This document shows positions 1-10,640 of a DNA stretch of 44,001 nt, in pieces (positions within the stretch are counted from its first letter, which is position 1; every line of letters starts with the position of its first letter). The position numbers were made by a program, and so were the translations under genes. The notes below the pieces were generated by a model that was not told the origin of the DNA, did no database searches, and saw nothing but the letters and a program-made list of their open reading frames with translations. The DNA comes from Octopus bimaculoides (lineage: Eukaryota): assembly GCF_001194135.2 (NCBI RefSeq), contig NC_068990.1:9318554-9362554 (forward strand), read 5' to 3'.

Positions 1-370
1 TTTGTATGTATGTCTTCTTGTGTGTAAGTATTTAGTATATAAATATGCATGCATGTATATGTGTGTGTGTGTATGCATGCATGCATGTATATGTGTGTGT
101 GTGTATTTATACATGAATATATGTCTATATATGTATGTATGCATACATGAGTATATCTGCATGCATCTTCCTCTCTACCTATCGTCCTCTTTATCAACCT
201 AACTTGCCCTCCATCAATTCATCCATTCATCTATCTATCCATAGATAAATAGATAGACTCTTCCGTTCATACATGCTTATACACACACACACACAAGTAC
301 ATACACTTTCCCTCTGACATTCTTGCACACATACACACACACACACGAGGAGAATTTTTCTTCGTCTCAG

Positions 371-480
371 ATGAACACGAGCTACAGAGCAAACAGAACA
401 GTCCATCGCATGCACACATGCACTGTTTTGACTCAGTCGAGCATCTTTCTACAGGCATCAATAAAACACGTACATTCTGA
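371..480 (+). CDS. Candidate orphan terminal coding exon of an unidentified gene
   Basis: Strong acceptor tttttcttcgtctcag. The phase-1 frame is open: (D)EHELQSKQNSPSHAHMHCFDSVEHLSTGINKTRTF*. It retains several CpGs in a CpG-poor region. No homology recognised. Confidence 0.3.
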
Positions 481-772
481 CAGCCTGCTTAGTATATTTT
501 GATGACATCTAATTAGCAAGAGCGTTTGATGAATCTAATGAACACAGATACAAAGGAAAATTAAGATTAGGAAAAAAAAAAAACATGTTAGCAATTTTTT
601 TAATGCAAATACTGTTTACAGTATTTTTATAGTTATGTATGATTATAAAATCTGTGTATGCATACACACATGTATGTATATATGTATACTATATATATAT
701 ATATATATATATGTGCATATATACATACTATATATGTATGTATTTATATATATATACATTTTTTCGTTTTTA

Positions 773-1035
773 TTGTTTAACGTCCGCTTTCCAGGCTAGC
801 ATGGGTTGGATGATTTGACTGAGGACTGGTGAACCAGATGGCTACACCAGGCTCCAGTCTGATTTGGCAGAGTTTCTACAACTGGATGCCCTTCCTAACG
901 CCAACCCCTTTGAGAGTGTAGTGAGTGCTTTTACGTGCCACCAGCACGAAGGCCAGTCAGGAGGTACTGGCAATGGCCACACTCGAAATGGTGTATTTAA
1001 ATGCCACCTGCACAGAAGCCAGTCCAGCGGCACTG
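773..1035 (-). mobile_element. SINE or LINE 3' fragment sharing the RTE tail
   Basis: tttaacgtccgctttcc..gctagcatgggttgga...gtttctacaactggatgcccttcctaacgcc is the reverse complement of the tail at ~12130-12250. A short piece also occurs at ~4325-4370. Confidence 0.75.
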
Positions 1036-1439
1036 GCAACAATCTTGCTTGAATGAGTTTTCACGTGCCAGGGACGTGAAGCTGCGGCACAAGTGCCAGG
1101 AAGGTGATGCTGGTAATACATTGACAGATGGAGTTGGCAGATTATTTGTAGGGAAATGGAAATGACTAGATAACTTACTTGAGGTGATGGCTATTTCAGC
1201 TTGCAAAGCACACTGATTGATGCACTGAATGGACTGTTTTTTTAAGCCTCTTCTGCAGACTATGTCCTGAAAAATTGACAGCAACCACCTCTTCATGCTG
1301 GAGGTTTTAACAAAGATTTTGGATATTTTTCCAATGACTTTTCTGGCATAAGCAAGGGATATTTATCCCCACTTAAACATAGATGTTCTGTTAGAACAAA
1401 CTATGCTATGGTAGATAAAATAAGAGAAATTCTCATATA

Positions 1440-1730
1440 GATTTTTTGTGCAAAATGCACTCTTATTTATATCAGTAGCTGGGAGATAAATCCATGCCAT
1501 CTGCTGTACCAAGACAACCAGATCATGTTATTTTGATCTTCCTTGGTTTTGTCAATGATGGATGCTCAATTGCTAGAGATAACAGTGACTCATCGTTGTG
1601 ATATGATTGTGTCACATGGAATGAAAAAGGATTTAGTTATCTTGAGTTCTGTGGTACAAATAACATGACTATTTGCAAATCCAGTATCAGAAAACTGGTT
1701 ACTCAGCTTGATGTGTCTTTTTAATCACAG
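1440..1730 (+). mobile_element. Degenerate LINE endonuclease remnant
   Basis: YLEFCGTNNMTICK resembles the LLEFC..N.L.I.NT motif of RTE/CR1 endonucleases. Confidence 0.35.
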
Positions 1731-1764
1731 CAAACCATCAGGATTTTCGGTCCCCTGTCATGGG

Positions 1765-2075
1765 TTACCCGTGCCAGTGACACGTGTGTGGCACACAAGC
1801 TGGTGACACATGTGAGACACCTGTGATGTGCCTCATAGCCAGTGCTGCTGGCATGTGAAAGGCATCCGTGCCAGTGACTCATGAGGTACATGTGCTAGTG
1901 ACACATGTGAGGCATCTGTGCTGGTGACATGCAAAAGGCACCCGTGCCAGTGGCGCACAAAATGTACTCATATCAGTGACATATAAAAGGAACTCCTACT
2001 GATGACACATAAAAAGCATCTGTGCTGGTGATATGTTAAAAGCACCCCTGCCGGTGACATGTGAGAGATACCCAG
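1765..2075. repeat. Degenerate ~22-25 bp minisatellite (gtgccagtgacacgtaaaagcacc-like)
   Basis: A dozen or more recurrences of gtgc(c/t)(a/g)gtgaca followed by (a/g)aaag(g)cac. Confidence 0.7.
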
Positions 2076-2144
2076 TGCTTTTGTCTTTGTTTATATATCA
2101 TTCTAGTTCAACAAATCTACTATATATTTCTACATTTATATTGA

Positions 2145-2355
2145 TTCCAAATGTTGGTGCAAAGCCACCAATTTCGGGGGAAGGGGTAAGTTGCTTACAT
2201 TGACCCCAGTGCTCAAATAGTATTTACTTAATCAACCCAGAAAGGATGAAAGGCAAAATCAATCTCAGCGGAATTTGAACTCAGAACAAGAAGAGGGACG
2301 AAATACCACTAAGCATTTTGCCTGGTGTGCTAACCATTCTGCCAGCTCACCACCT
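2145..2355 (-). mobile_element. tRNA-derived SINE (family B, gcctttcatcc core)
   Basis: aaaggatgaaaggcaaaatc...ggaatttgaactcagaac...ctaagcattttgcc...ctgccagctcacc. Confidence 0.8.
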
Positions 2356-2753
2356 TTTACTACATTCATATTGATAGAGAAGAAAATAGAGAAATGTAAA
2401 AGAGTGTAATATTATTCAGTGCCGCATATACTATGATATATTACATCATGAACTAATTAAATATTATGAGTAGTTTCAACAGTTACATCCTTCTGAGATT
2501 TATTTATTTTATACCTCTATGCAAGCAAATTATTTCCAGTATTTTCATCTTTTCTTTTTAGATGTTTCTTGATTTGTTTTTTTTCTTTTTCTTTTTATGC
2601 AGCATTTAGCTCTTCTTCCCATCTGGTACTACTATGTAGAGGTAGGAACGCAACCAAAGTTTTGTAGTTGCAGTATTATGTTGTTATTGTTTTATGTGCT
2701 TTTTACTAGTTACTATTTTTCTTTCCTTTGTTTGTATTGATTTTATTGTTGCT

Positions 2754-2791
2754 ATTACTATTGTTATTGTTGTTACCATTATTATTATTAA

Positions 2792-2839
<48 letters not shown>

Positions 2840-2866
2840 TGTTGTTATTGTTGTTACTATTGTAGT
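2754..2866. repeat. (ATT/GTT)n microsatellite
   Basis: Read directly from the sequence. Confidence 0.95.
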
Positions 2867-3002
2867 TGCCGTTACAACTGAGTGGAGTTATCTTTAATAT
2901 TTTAACATTTGATGGACATTCCCTCATGAAGTCAAAGCAACCATGATTTTATGCTTTATCAAATTTTGTTTGTCATCATTAAAAAAATAATGGCATTAAA
3001 AT

Positions 3003-3058
3003 ATGATACAGTATACCACATATATACACACACACATACCACATATATATATGTGTGT

Positions 3059-3100
<42 letters not shown>

Positions 3101-3392
3101 ATGCATGTCAGTACTCATGTATGTGTATATATATGCTCACATACACACATTTGCACACAGGTACGTACATATATACACATGTGTGTGTATGTACATGCCT
3201 ATTGATTATAAAGAATATAAATGTATCTTATCTTATATATTTTTTCCTTTAATGATTTTATTTTGTGGTTACATTGGAAATATCTTTTGTTCTTTTAATT
3301 ATTTAATATTCTTGTACATACATACCTGCATACATATATACATACATTTGTATATGTGGTGCTTCAGCATGGCCGCAGCTCTAAGCTGAAAC

Positions 3393-3438
<46 letters not shown>

Positions 3439-3459
3439 NNNNNNNNNNNNNNNNNNNNN

Positions 3460-3507
<48 letters not shown>

Positions 3508-3562
3508 GTATGCATCCATGTACATGTGTATCTCTCTCTATATATATTTACATACACACACA

Positions 3563-3615
<53 letters not shown>

Positions 3616-3850
3616 CATACACACATACATATCCACATACATACAAACACACAGACGGACACACATATACATATGTATACATATATACATATGTATACAT
3701 ATATACATATTTTATTTATTTATTTATACGTTTCAGCCAAGTGGCTGCGGTCATGCTGGAGCACCATGTATATATATATACATAAACACACATGTATATA
3801 TACACATATATACATGTATGTATGTATGTACATGTGTCTTTACACATATA
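3003..3850. repeat. Compound (TG)n/(TA)n/(CA)n microsatellite tract containing a gap
   Basis: Read directly. A similar tract spans ~4230-5215 and another ~1-160. Confidence 0.95.
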
Positions 3851-4627
3851 TGGAAATTTATAAGGAAACAAATGGATTTTCATTATTTTTCAGGCAGTGT
3901 ATTCAGTGATTTGGTCGACTGAGCTATGCTTTGTCAATTACAATTAGGGAGCTGGACATTTCATAGGCGTTTGCCCCTTAATTCTCCGACAGAATTAGCA
4001 TGATTCCATGTGTGATAATGTTGGGTCCTTGAAACACTAGTTCATTTCTTTCAATAGTCATTTACACAGTTTCTTGCTACCCAGTTTCATCCATGAGGTA
4101 GGGGTCTGGGCAAAGTTTAAGGTAAAAGATATCAGTCAGAGATGTCACTCAGTGGAATCGAAACTAACACCTCATGATTGAGAAGCAAGCTTCTTGACTA
4201 TTTGGTTATATTAGCATCTTTGAATAAATACATATAATTATATACACACATGCATATGTGCACACATATACACAATTTATGCATGTGTGTGTATGTGTGT
4301 GCACGTATGTATATATGCATATGCCATCATCATCATCAACGTCTGCTTTCCATGCTGGCAGGGGTTGGACTCTATATATATACACACACACACATATATA
4401 TGTAGGCACTCACACATATGCACACATGCAAATTTATATGTATGTATGTAAATATATATATGTATAGGTGTGTATATATATGTGTGTGTGTATGTGTGTA
4501 TGTATATATATATATGCATATATACAATTATATATGTTTATAAGTGTGTATTAATATATGTATATATATATATTGTGTGTGTATGTTTACATATGTATAT
4601 ACATGTATATATATGTATGTATATATA

Positions 4628-4689
<62 letters not shown>

Positions 4690-5180
4690 CATACATAAAC
4701 ACATATATGCACATACACACACATTTATGTATGTACTTATGTCTTATATAACTTTTTGTTCATGAACCTCTTTGCACATGCACTCATATATGTATGTTTA
4801 TTTGTGTGTGTTTGTATGTGTGTGTGTGTGTAGCTATGTTGTGTCTCTCTCTCTCTGTATANNNNNNNNNNNNNNNNNNNNNNNNNNNNNNNNNNNNNNN
4901 NNNNNNNNNNNNNNNNNNNNNNNNNNNNNNNNNNNNNNNNNNNNNNNNNNNNNNNNNNNNNNNNNNNNNNNNNNNNNNNNNNNNNNNNNNNNNNNNNNNN
5001 NNNNNNNNNNNNNNNNNNNNNNNNNNNNNNNNNNNNNNNNNNNNNNNNNNNNNNNNNNNNNNNNNNNNNNNNNNNNNNNNNNNNNNNNNNNNNNNNNNNN
5101 NNNNNNNNNNNNNNNNNNNNNNNNNNNNNNNNNNNNNNNNNNNNNNNNNNNNNNNNNNNNNNNNNNNNNNNNNNNNNNNN

Positions 5181-5215
<35 letters not shown>

Positions 5216-5304
5216 GACATGCATAAACACAGTAACTAATCTATATAGTGATTCTTTTGCACACTTATAAGCAATCTTACAATCCTTTACAACCACATAC
5301 TTAC

Positions 5305-5355
5305 AGACAATTGGACAAAACACGTCCATATAGATAGTTGCAAAGGAAGACAAAT
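5305..5355 (-). other. Candidate 51-nt antisense exon
   Basis: A long polypyrimidine tract ends in attattgaag and the donor is gtaagt. The exon is a multiple of 3 and open in all frames (phase 1: LSSFATIYMDVFCPIV). Confidence 0.2.
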
Positions 5356-5977
5356 CTTCAATAATCAAGAGTAAAAAGAAAACAAAAAAAAAGACAAGAA
5401 ACAAACAAACAACCCCAAATCAATTAAAATTGATTACAAAAGAATAAATGTGTCTTATCTTATTTCCTGCTGTGTTTTTCCCTTTAATGATTTTGTTGGT
5501 TGTGCTGCTGTTATGGAAGGAGGTTTCTTAGATTCTGTTAATTATTTGATTAGAATTACATATAGTTAACAAAACCAAAAAAAAAATGCCTTCCAAACAA
5601 TAGATGTTATTCAAAAATTCATACAAGATATAAATTCAGTAAATAGGTAAATAAGCCATATCATTTACACTCCACCACTCTCAGTTCATTGGTTTCTATA
5701 TTCCACCACATTTATCTCAGCTTATCTCACATCACTGCCATTTTTTTACAAACTCAATTTGCCAGAAACTTATATATAATTTTATAACTTTTCTGTCAGC
5801 TGTGGCGATAATGATATATTATAAGTGCTTGACAGTGCTGTTTTGCTTGGAGAACATGAATAGCTGTATTGTTAGAACAGCGTCAATATTGTCCTTGGTA
5901 CCCTGCTTGTATACATGGAAATAAAAACAAACAAACAAACATCCTTTATACAATTTTTCAATCTAGAAATAGTAACC

Positions 5978-6594
5978 AATAGGTGCAGGCATGGCTGTGT
6001 GGTAAAAAACTTGCTTCCTAAGCACATGGTTCTGGGTTCAGTTCCACTGTGTGACATTTTGGGCAAATGTCTTCTACTATAGCGTCAGGCCAACCAACGC
6101 CTTGTGAATGGATTTGATAGATGGAAACTGAAACAAATCTGTCATATACACATGTGTGTGTGTGTGTATATGTCTTTGTGTCTGTGTTTGCCCTTTCACC
6201 ACTGCTTGACAACTATTGTTGGTGTATTCATGTCCCTGTAACTTAACAGTTCAGCAAAAGAGACTGATAGTATAAGTACCAGGAGAGAATAAACTACCCC
6301 TACCACCTACACTTTTTACTGCAACATAGGGATAGCTTATCCTGTTCAGGCTATATTATTAGCATTATCCTGCGTTTGAGAATTTAAAATCACTTCTTTA
6401 ACTTTCTAAGACATCTCAACGCTTCTAAAAGCAAACTTCGTTTGTTTGTTTACGTTTATCGTAATTTTGAATTTAATATAAGTACCAAGTTTTAAAAAAT
6501 AATCCTGGGGAGATTTGTTTGATTAAAACGATTCAAGGTGGTGCCCCTGCATGGCCACAGTCAAATGACTGAAACAAGTAAAAGTTAAAAGGCA
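5978..6594 (+). mobile_element. tRNA-derived SINE (family A), interrupted by a 195-bp insertion
   Basis: Head ggctgtgtggtaa...gggttcagttccactg, internal (TG)n, tail catggccacagtcaaatgactgaaacaagtaaaag. Split at 6282-6476. Confidence 0.85.
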
Positions 6595-6756
6595 AAAAAG
6601 ATAACTATTCTCAAGATAACACTGTAGTTGTCTAAATAAAAGACACATTGCATAGAGCAACATTGTCCCTGAATGTTGATGATTGTAGGTCTCCTAGATC
6701 TGGGCTGACCTAGGCTCAAACAAGAATAATATGTTTAGCATTTATTTATCATTTAC

Positions 6757-7132
6757 TTGTTTCAATCATTAGACTGTGGTTGTGCTGAAGCACCAGCCTG
6801 AAGAATTTTAGTCAAAGAAATTGACACCTGTGTGTGCTTAATTCTTTTTTGTCAAAATGCTAAGTTACAGGTATGCAAACACACCAACACCTGTTGTCAA
6901 GTGGTGACAGGAGACAAACATTGACACAAAGACATGCACACGTAGATATATACATAAATATATATACATATATGATGGGCTTCTTTCAGTTTCTGTCTAC
7001 CAAATTCAGTCATAAGGTTTTGATTCACCCAAGGCTATGGTAAAAAACATTTGCCCAAGGTGCTACACAGTGGGACTGAACCTGGAATTATGTGACTGGG
7101 ATGCAAACATTTTTTACCACACAGTCATGCCT
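6757..7132 (-). mobile_element. SINE family A copy
   Basis: Reverse complement of the same head, body and tail (acttgtttcaatcatt...gggactgaacc...accacacagtcatgcc). Confidence 0.8.
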
Positions 7133-8117
7133 GGATACTTTTGGTAAAATAGGCCTAGAAAGTGTGACGGTAGTGCTCATAACCTATTATAGAGGTGTGA
7201 GACTGATGGGAAGGAGATATGATGATATTGCCAAAGCAGAAACCTGTCAGGAATGCTTGGACAGACAGAACTTTTCTAAAGCAGCCAGGGTGCCAGATGA
7301 TGGTGTTAAAATGGGCAACAGGTTAAGCGTATCAACTGAGTAGGCCATGATGAGATTTGAACTCAGAATACAAAGAAGCAAAACAATTATTGCAAGGCAT
7401 CGATGCCAATGTTATTACAATTTTGCCTATCTACTACTTTGAATTTTTACTTTTTTTAATTAACCCTGTAAGGTTAAAAGGCAAAAATTAACCATGGCAG
7501 AATTTGAACTCAAAGCACTGAGTTACTACAAATTTTATGAAACATTCTGTGTGACACTCTAGTGACTCTACCAATTCAACTAGATATGGCAAAAAAAACA
7601 AAAAAAACTTTCAAAGAAACCTCCCAAAAAACATAGTGGTCATTGTTAAAATGATTTGACTACAGGTCACAGCTTGGTTAGAGCTGATCTGATGCTAGGC
7701 GACAAGTACAACAATTAAATGTCAAAATAGCCCAGTCCAATCAGTTGTAAATAGGTACAACATCAGTGGTAGTAGCAATGACATTAGTTAGACTCATACT
7801 TAGATAATTTGCCTTTGATAACACTATATGATGATGACTGGCTGACAAAGGGAGCAGCCAAGCAGTTGCTTGACCTGCTAGAAATACTAATCAAATTTCT
7901 CACTGACTACACTTTACCATAGCAAGATAGGGGTTTATAGTTGGCTGTCTTTAACAACAATAACAATTACATGAAAATGAAGACCTCAGTGGTGAGCTAT
8001 GGCTCTGGTTTATGGGATTCACCTCAACTCATATCAATAGTTTTGCTTTAAATGTAAAAAGAAGAGAAAGATGATAGGGTGATATGTCTCTCTTTTGTGT
8101 TTTGCTTTAGTTCTCAC

Positions 8118-8230
8118 CTAAATTTGCTCCTAAGCAACTCCATCTTTAAACATTAAAAACCTTCCATAATGCCTTTGCATCAGTACTTAATCCGCAACCA
8201 AATTATCATCCAATATAGCTTCACCAATCC
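8118..8230 (-). other. Candidate antisense exon inside an SLC19A intron
   Basis: Acceptor ctttgttattttttttcag and donor AG|gtgaga flank 113 nt. All three frames contain a stop, so it would be non-coding or carry the stop codon (phase 1: IGEAILDDNLVAD*). Confidence 0.2.
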
Positions 8231-8276
8231 CTGAAAAAAAAATAACAAAGTTATCAGACACTATATAAAACCAAGA

Positions 8277-8608
8277 TGTATACCTGACTTTCCTATATAG
8301 AATTAAAAATATAACGGAACGCTGAACTCCAGACTATCAACTTAAACAACATTTATTCAAGGTGGAATATATACATCTTTAGCTCTTGTTTGTTGAGACG
8401 TCTTCTGTGTGTGTGAGCATGGTTGTTGGGACATTGGTATGTAGATGTGAGCGAGCTGTCTAGCGTAAGTTTGAAAGATGGAGAGAGACAGCTAAACACG
8501 TCCTTGCTCAATCGCTGTCCAGCAAGAAGGAGACAGAATGAAGCGGGAAAGCTTGGTTGTTGAATTCCACGCATGCGTGAGACTACGCATGTGCACAGCA
8601 TTACTACA
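8277..8608 (-). mobile_element. Probable solo LTR (332 bp)
   Basis: Minus strand runs TGTAGTAAT...GGTATACA (TG..CA, TGTA/TACA ends) with AATAAA in the 3' third and retained CpGs. No TSD was found. Confidence 0.4.
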
Positions 8609-8940
8609 AACTCAAATGTACCACATTCCAATGAAAACCAGGAGGCTGATACTTTGAAGTCACTGTCATCTCTCTTCTAAAAGTATAATAAATATGTACT
8701 GTTAAAGGGTATTCAGTAATTCTTCAGGTCATTGTAAAATATTTTTCAGTCTTAATTTGACATAAAAACTAGCAACACACACACACACTCAAACACACAC
8801 ACACACACACACAGCATGGCTGTGTAGTTGAGAAGCTTATCAACCATCTAGTCTTGGGTTCAGTCCCAATATGTGGCATCTTGCCATATACATATATACA
8901 TATATACACACACTCATACATATTATGTTTCTACTTGCAG

Positions 8941-9082
8941 TTACCAAATTGCTACATTCCTAGACACACAGTCATACGCCTTGGTGTTTGGTTTTAATAC
9001 GTTTCTTGCCTTGGTCCTGGAGACTATATTAACTATTATTGTTGTTGACAAACGTGGACTTAACCTTGATATCCGAACACAG
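8941..9082 (+). CDS. SLC19A2/3: Penultimate coding exon of an SLC19A-family thiamine/reduced-folate transporter
   Basis: Acceptor ctacttgcag and donor ag|gtatag flank a 142-nt exon (phase 2 to 0) encoding (S)[47 protein letters not shown]. This matches the recalled SLC19A2 segment [47 protein letters not shown]. Paralogue assignment is uncertain. Confidence 0.95.
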
Positions 9083-9163
9083 GTATAGTATTCATTATCA
9101 TTATTATTATCAGTGCGTTTACCATCTTTGTCATTATTCTGCTATCATCATCCTGTCAGCAGT

Positions 9164-9370
9164 ATTACCTCTGCTTTTGAAGGCAGAGGTAATGTTTTCA
9201 GTCATGCTTGTTTGTTTGTTAGTTTGTCCACAGACAAGATATCTCAAGAACCACTGGATGGCTTCGGGATAGCCTTGTGACTGGCACGAACTAATTAGAT
9301 TTTGGGATTGATCCAGTGCTGGAAAAGGATTCTGGATGATTTTTCCTGATTTTTTACTTCATTTTTGAGA
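9164..9370 (+). mobile_element. Helentron-associated (HINE/DINE-like) non-autonomous element remnant
   Basis: 11-bp hairpin attacctctgc-N8-gcagaggtaat followed by gttttca...tttgtttgtt...gatatctcaagaaccactggatgg, the usual HINE head layout. Confidence 0.45.
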
Positions 9371-10027
9371 GCAGTCTGGTTCATTTCAAGTATTCTTGTT
9401 TGTGAGAACAGTCAAGTTTATTTCAGATTTTCTCATTTTAAAAATCATCTCTAACTTATCGTTGAGTGGCCGTTGGTGTTGCCATGGTGGAGTTTTGTGC
9501 TCTCTGAGTGCTCTTGTTATTGTTGAAGTCATATTCTCCTACAATTACAACAGCTGTTCCTGTTTTAATGAGATGACAGAAGGTGGAAAGTTAATGATTT
9601 CTGATCATAAATTTTCATTTCATTTCATTGAAGAAGCTTCTTTTGTTACAAACGGCACTTATGTTTTCCTACTTATTATGATTGATGTTCCTGATTTTTC
9701 CATATGAAATTGTGTTGTTTAGGTATTTGATTATTAGCTCTTGAAAGATTTCCTTATCAATGAAGCAGAATTCTCTCTGAAGGTTGATATGAATTTCTTA
9801 GATTATACTTTTGTATGATGAAGAGCTGAAACCTAGTTTGTTGATGAAATTACATGCAAGATGTTGGAGAGTTTAGTGTTAAATTCTAGGTTAAGTGGGT
9901 GAAAAGGAAGTAGGCTGTCTGTATAGGTGATAAAGGTAGATTGTATAAGTGATAAAGGTAGATTGTTTAGATGATGGAAAGGCATGCATTCTGGTTCAGC
10001 TGATACATATTTAAGCTTTTAGGTTGT

Positions 10028-10345
10028 TGGCACATGACTCAGTGATTAGAGCATTGGACTTGCACTCATGAGGTAGTGAGTTTAATTCCCGGACTGAGTC
10101 GTGTTCTTGAGCAAGACACTTTATTTCACATTGCTCCAGTTCACTCAGCTGTAGAAATGAGTTGTGACATCACTGGTGCCAAGCTGTATCGGCCTTTGCC
10201 TTTCTTTTGGATAACATCGGTGGTGTGGAGAGAGGAGGCTGGTATGCATCGGTGACTACTGGTCTTCCATAAACAACCTAGCTTGGACTTGTACTTCGGA
10301 GGGGAACTTTCTAGGTGCAATCTTTTCGTCAGTCATGACCCCAGG
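10028..10345 (+). mobile_element. tRNA-derived SINE (family C)
   Basis: A-box-like tgactcagtgattagagc, B-box-like gagtttaattccc, then gtgttcttgagcaagacactttatttcacattgctccagttcactcagctg. Confidence 0.75.
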
Positions 10346-10640
10346 GGTCTTTTACTGTGAACATGGTAATAGAGTTGGTGTGGGTTTTGTGGTTGTCAGA
10401 ATGATTGCAAATGGAGGAATCCAATGGAATTTGTGTGTGAGATTCTTTTTTTTTTTTCTTTTTTATTATAGTGTGGTAGCAGTCATTGATAATATTGAAG
10501 TATGTCAGGGAGCGAAGTGCTGGGAAGTAGGTCAAATTTTAATTTTAGATCTGAGTTCAGATTTCCATTACTACATTCCTTAGCTTCTATGGAGACAGTA
10601 ACATCCTGGTTGACATTTGTCTGGATGTTTTTATAGAGGA
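10345..10640 (+). mobile_element. Degenerate LINE (RTE-like) APE endonuclease remnant
   Basis: YCEHGNRVGVGFVV resembles the endonuclease G....GVGF motif; otherwise heavily decayed. Confidence 0.35.

Noticed and set aside
2410-2540. YIMN*LNIMSSFNSYILLRFIY loosely resembles the missing SLC19A exon ([23 protein letters not shown])
   Set aside because: It has an in-frame stop and no phase-compatible donor. AT-rich DNA yields Y/I/F/N by chance.
2-5404. Many 60-200 aa ORFs rich in Y/I/C/V/H/T/M
   Set aside because: They are translations of (TA)n, (TG)n and (CA)n microsatellites or run through N gaps. The same applies to ORFs at 15.8-16.2, 22.8, 24.0, 30.3 and 32.1 kb.
6282-6476. Possible mitochondrial insertion (NUMT)
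   Set aside because: No recognisable mitochondrial rRNA or protein motif in either genetic code.
7092-7343. 83-aa ORF with FSKAARVPDD, faintly like an RT motif
   Set aside because: It starts within a SINE head and the similarity is too short to support a call.
10028-10100. tRNA-like A/B boxes
   Set aside because: These are SINE heads. No cloverleaf can be formed and they continue into SINE bodies.
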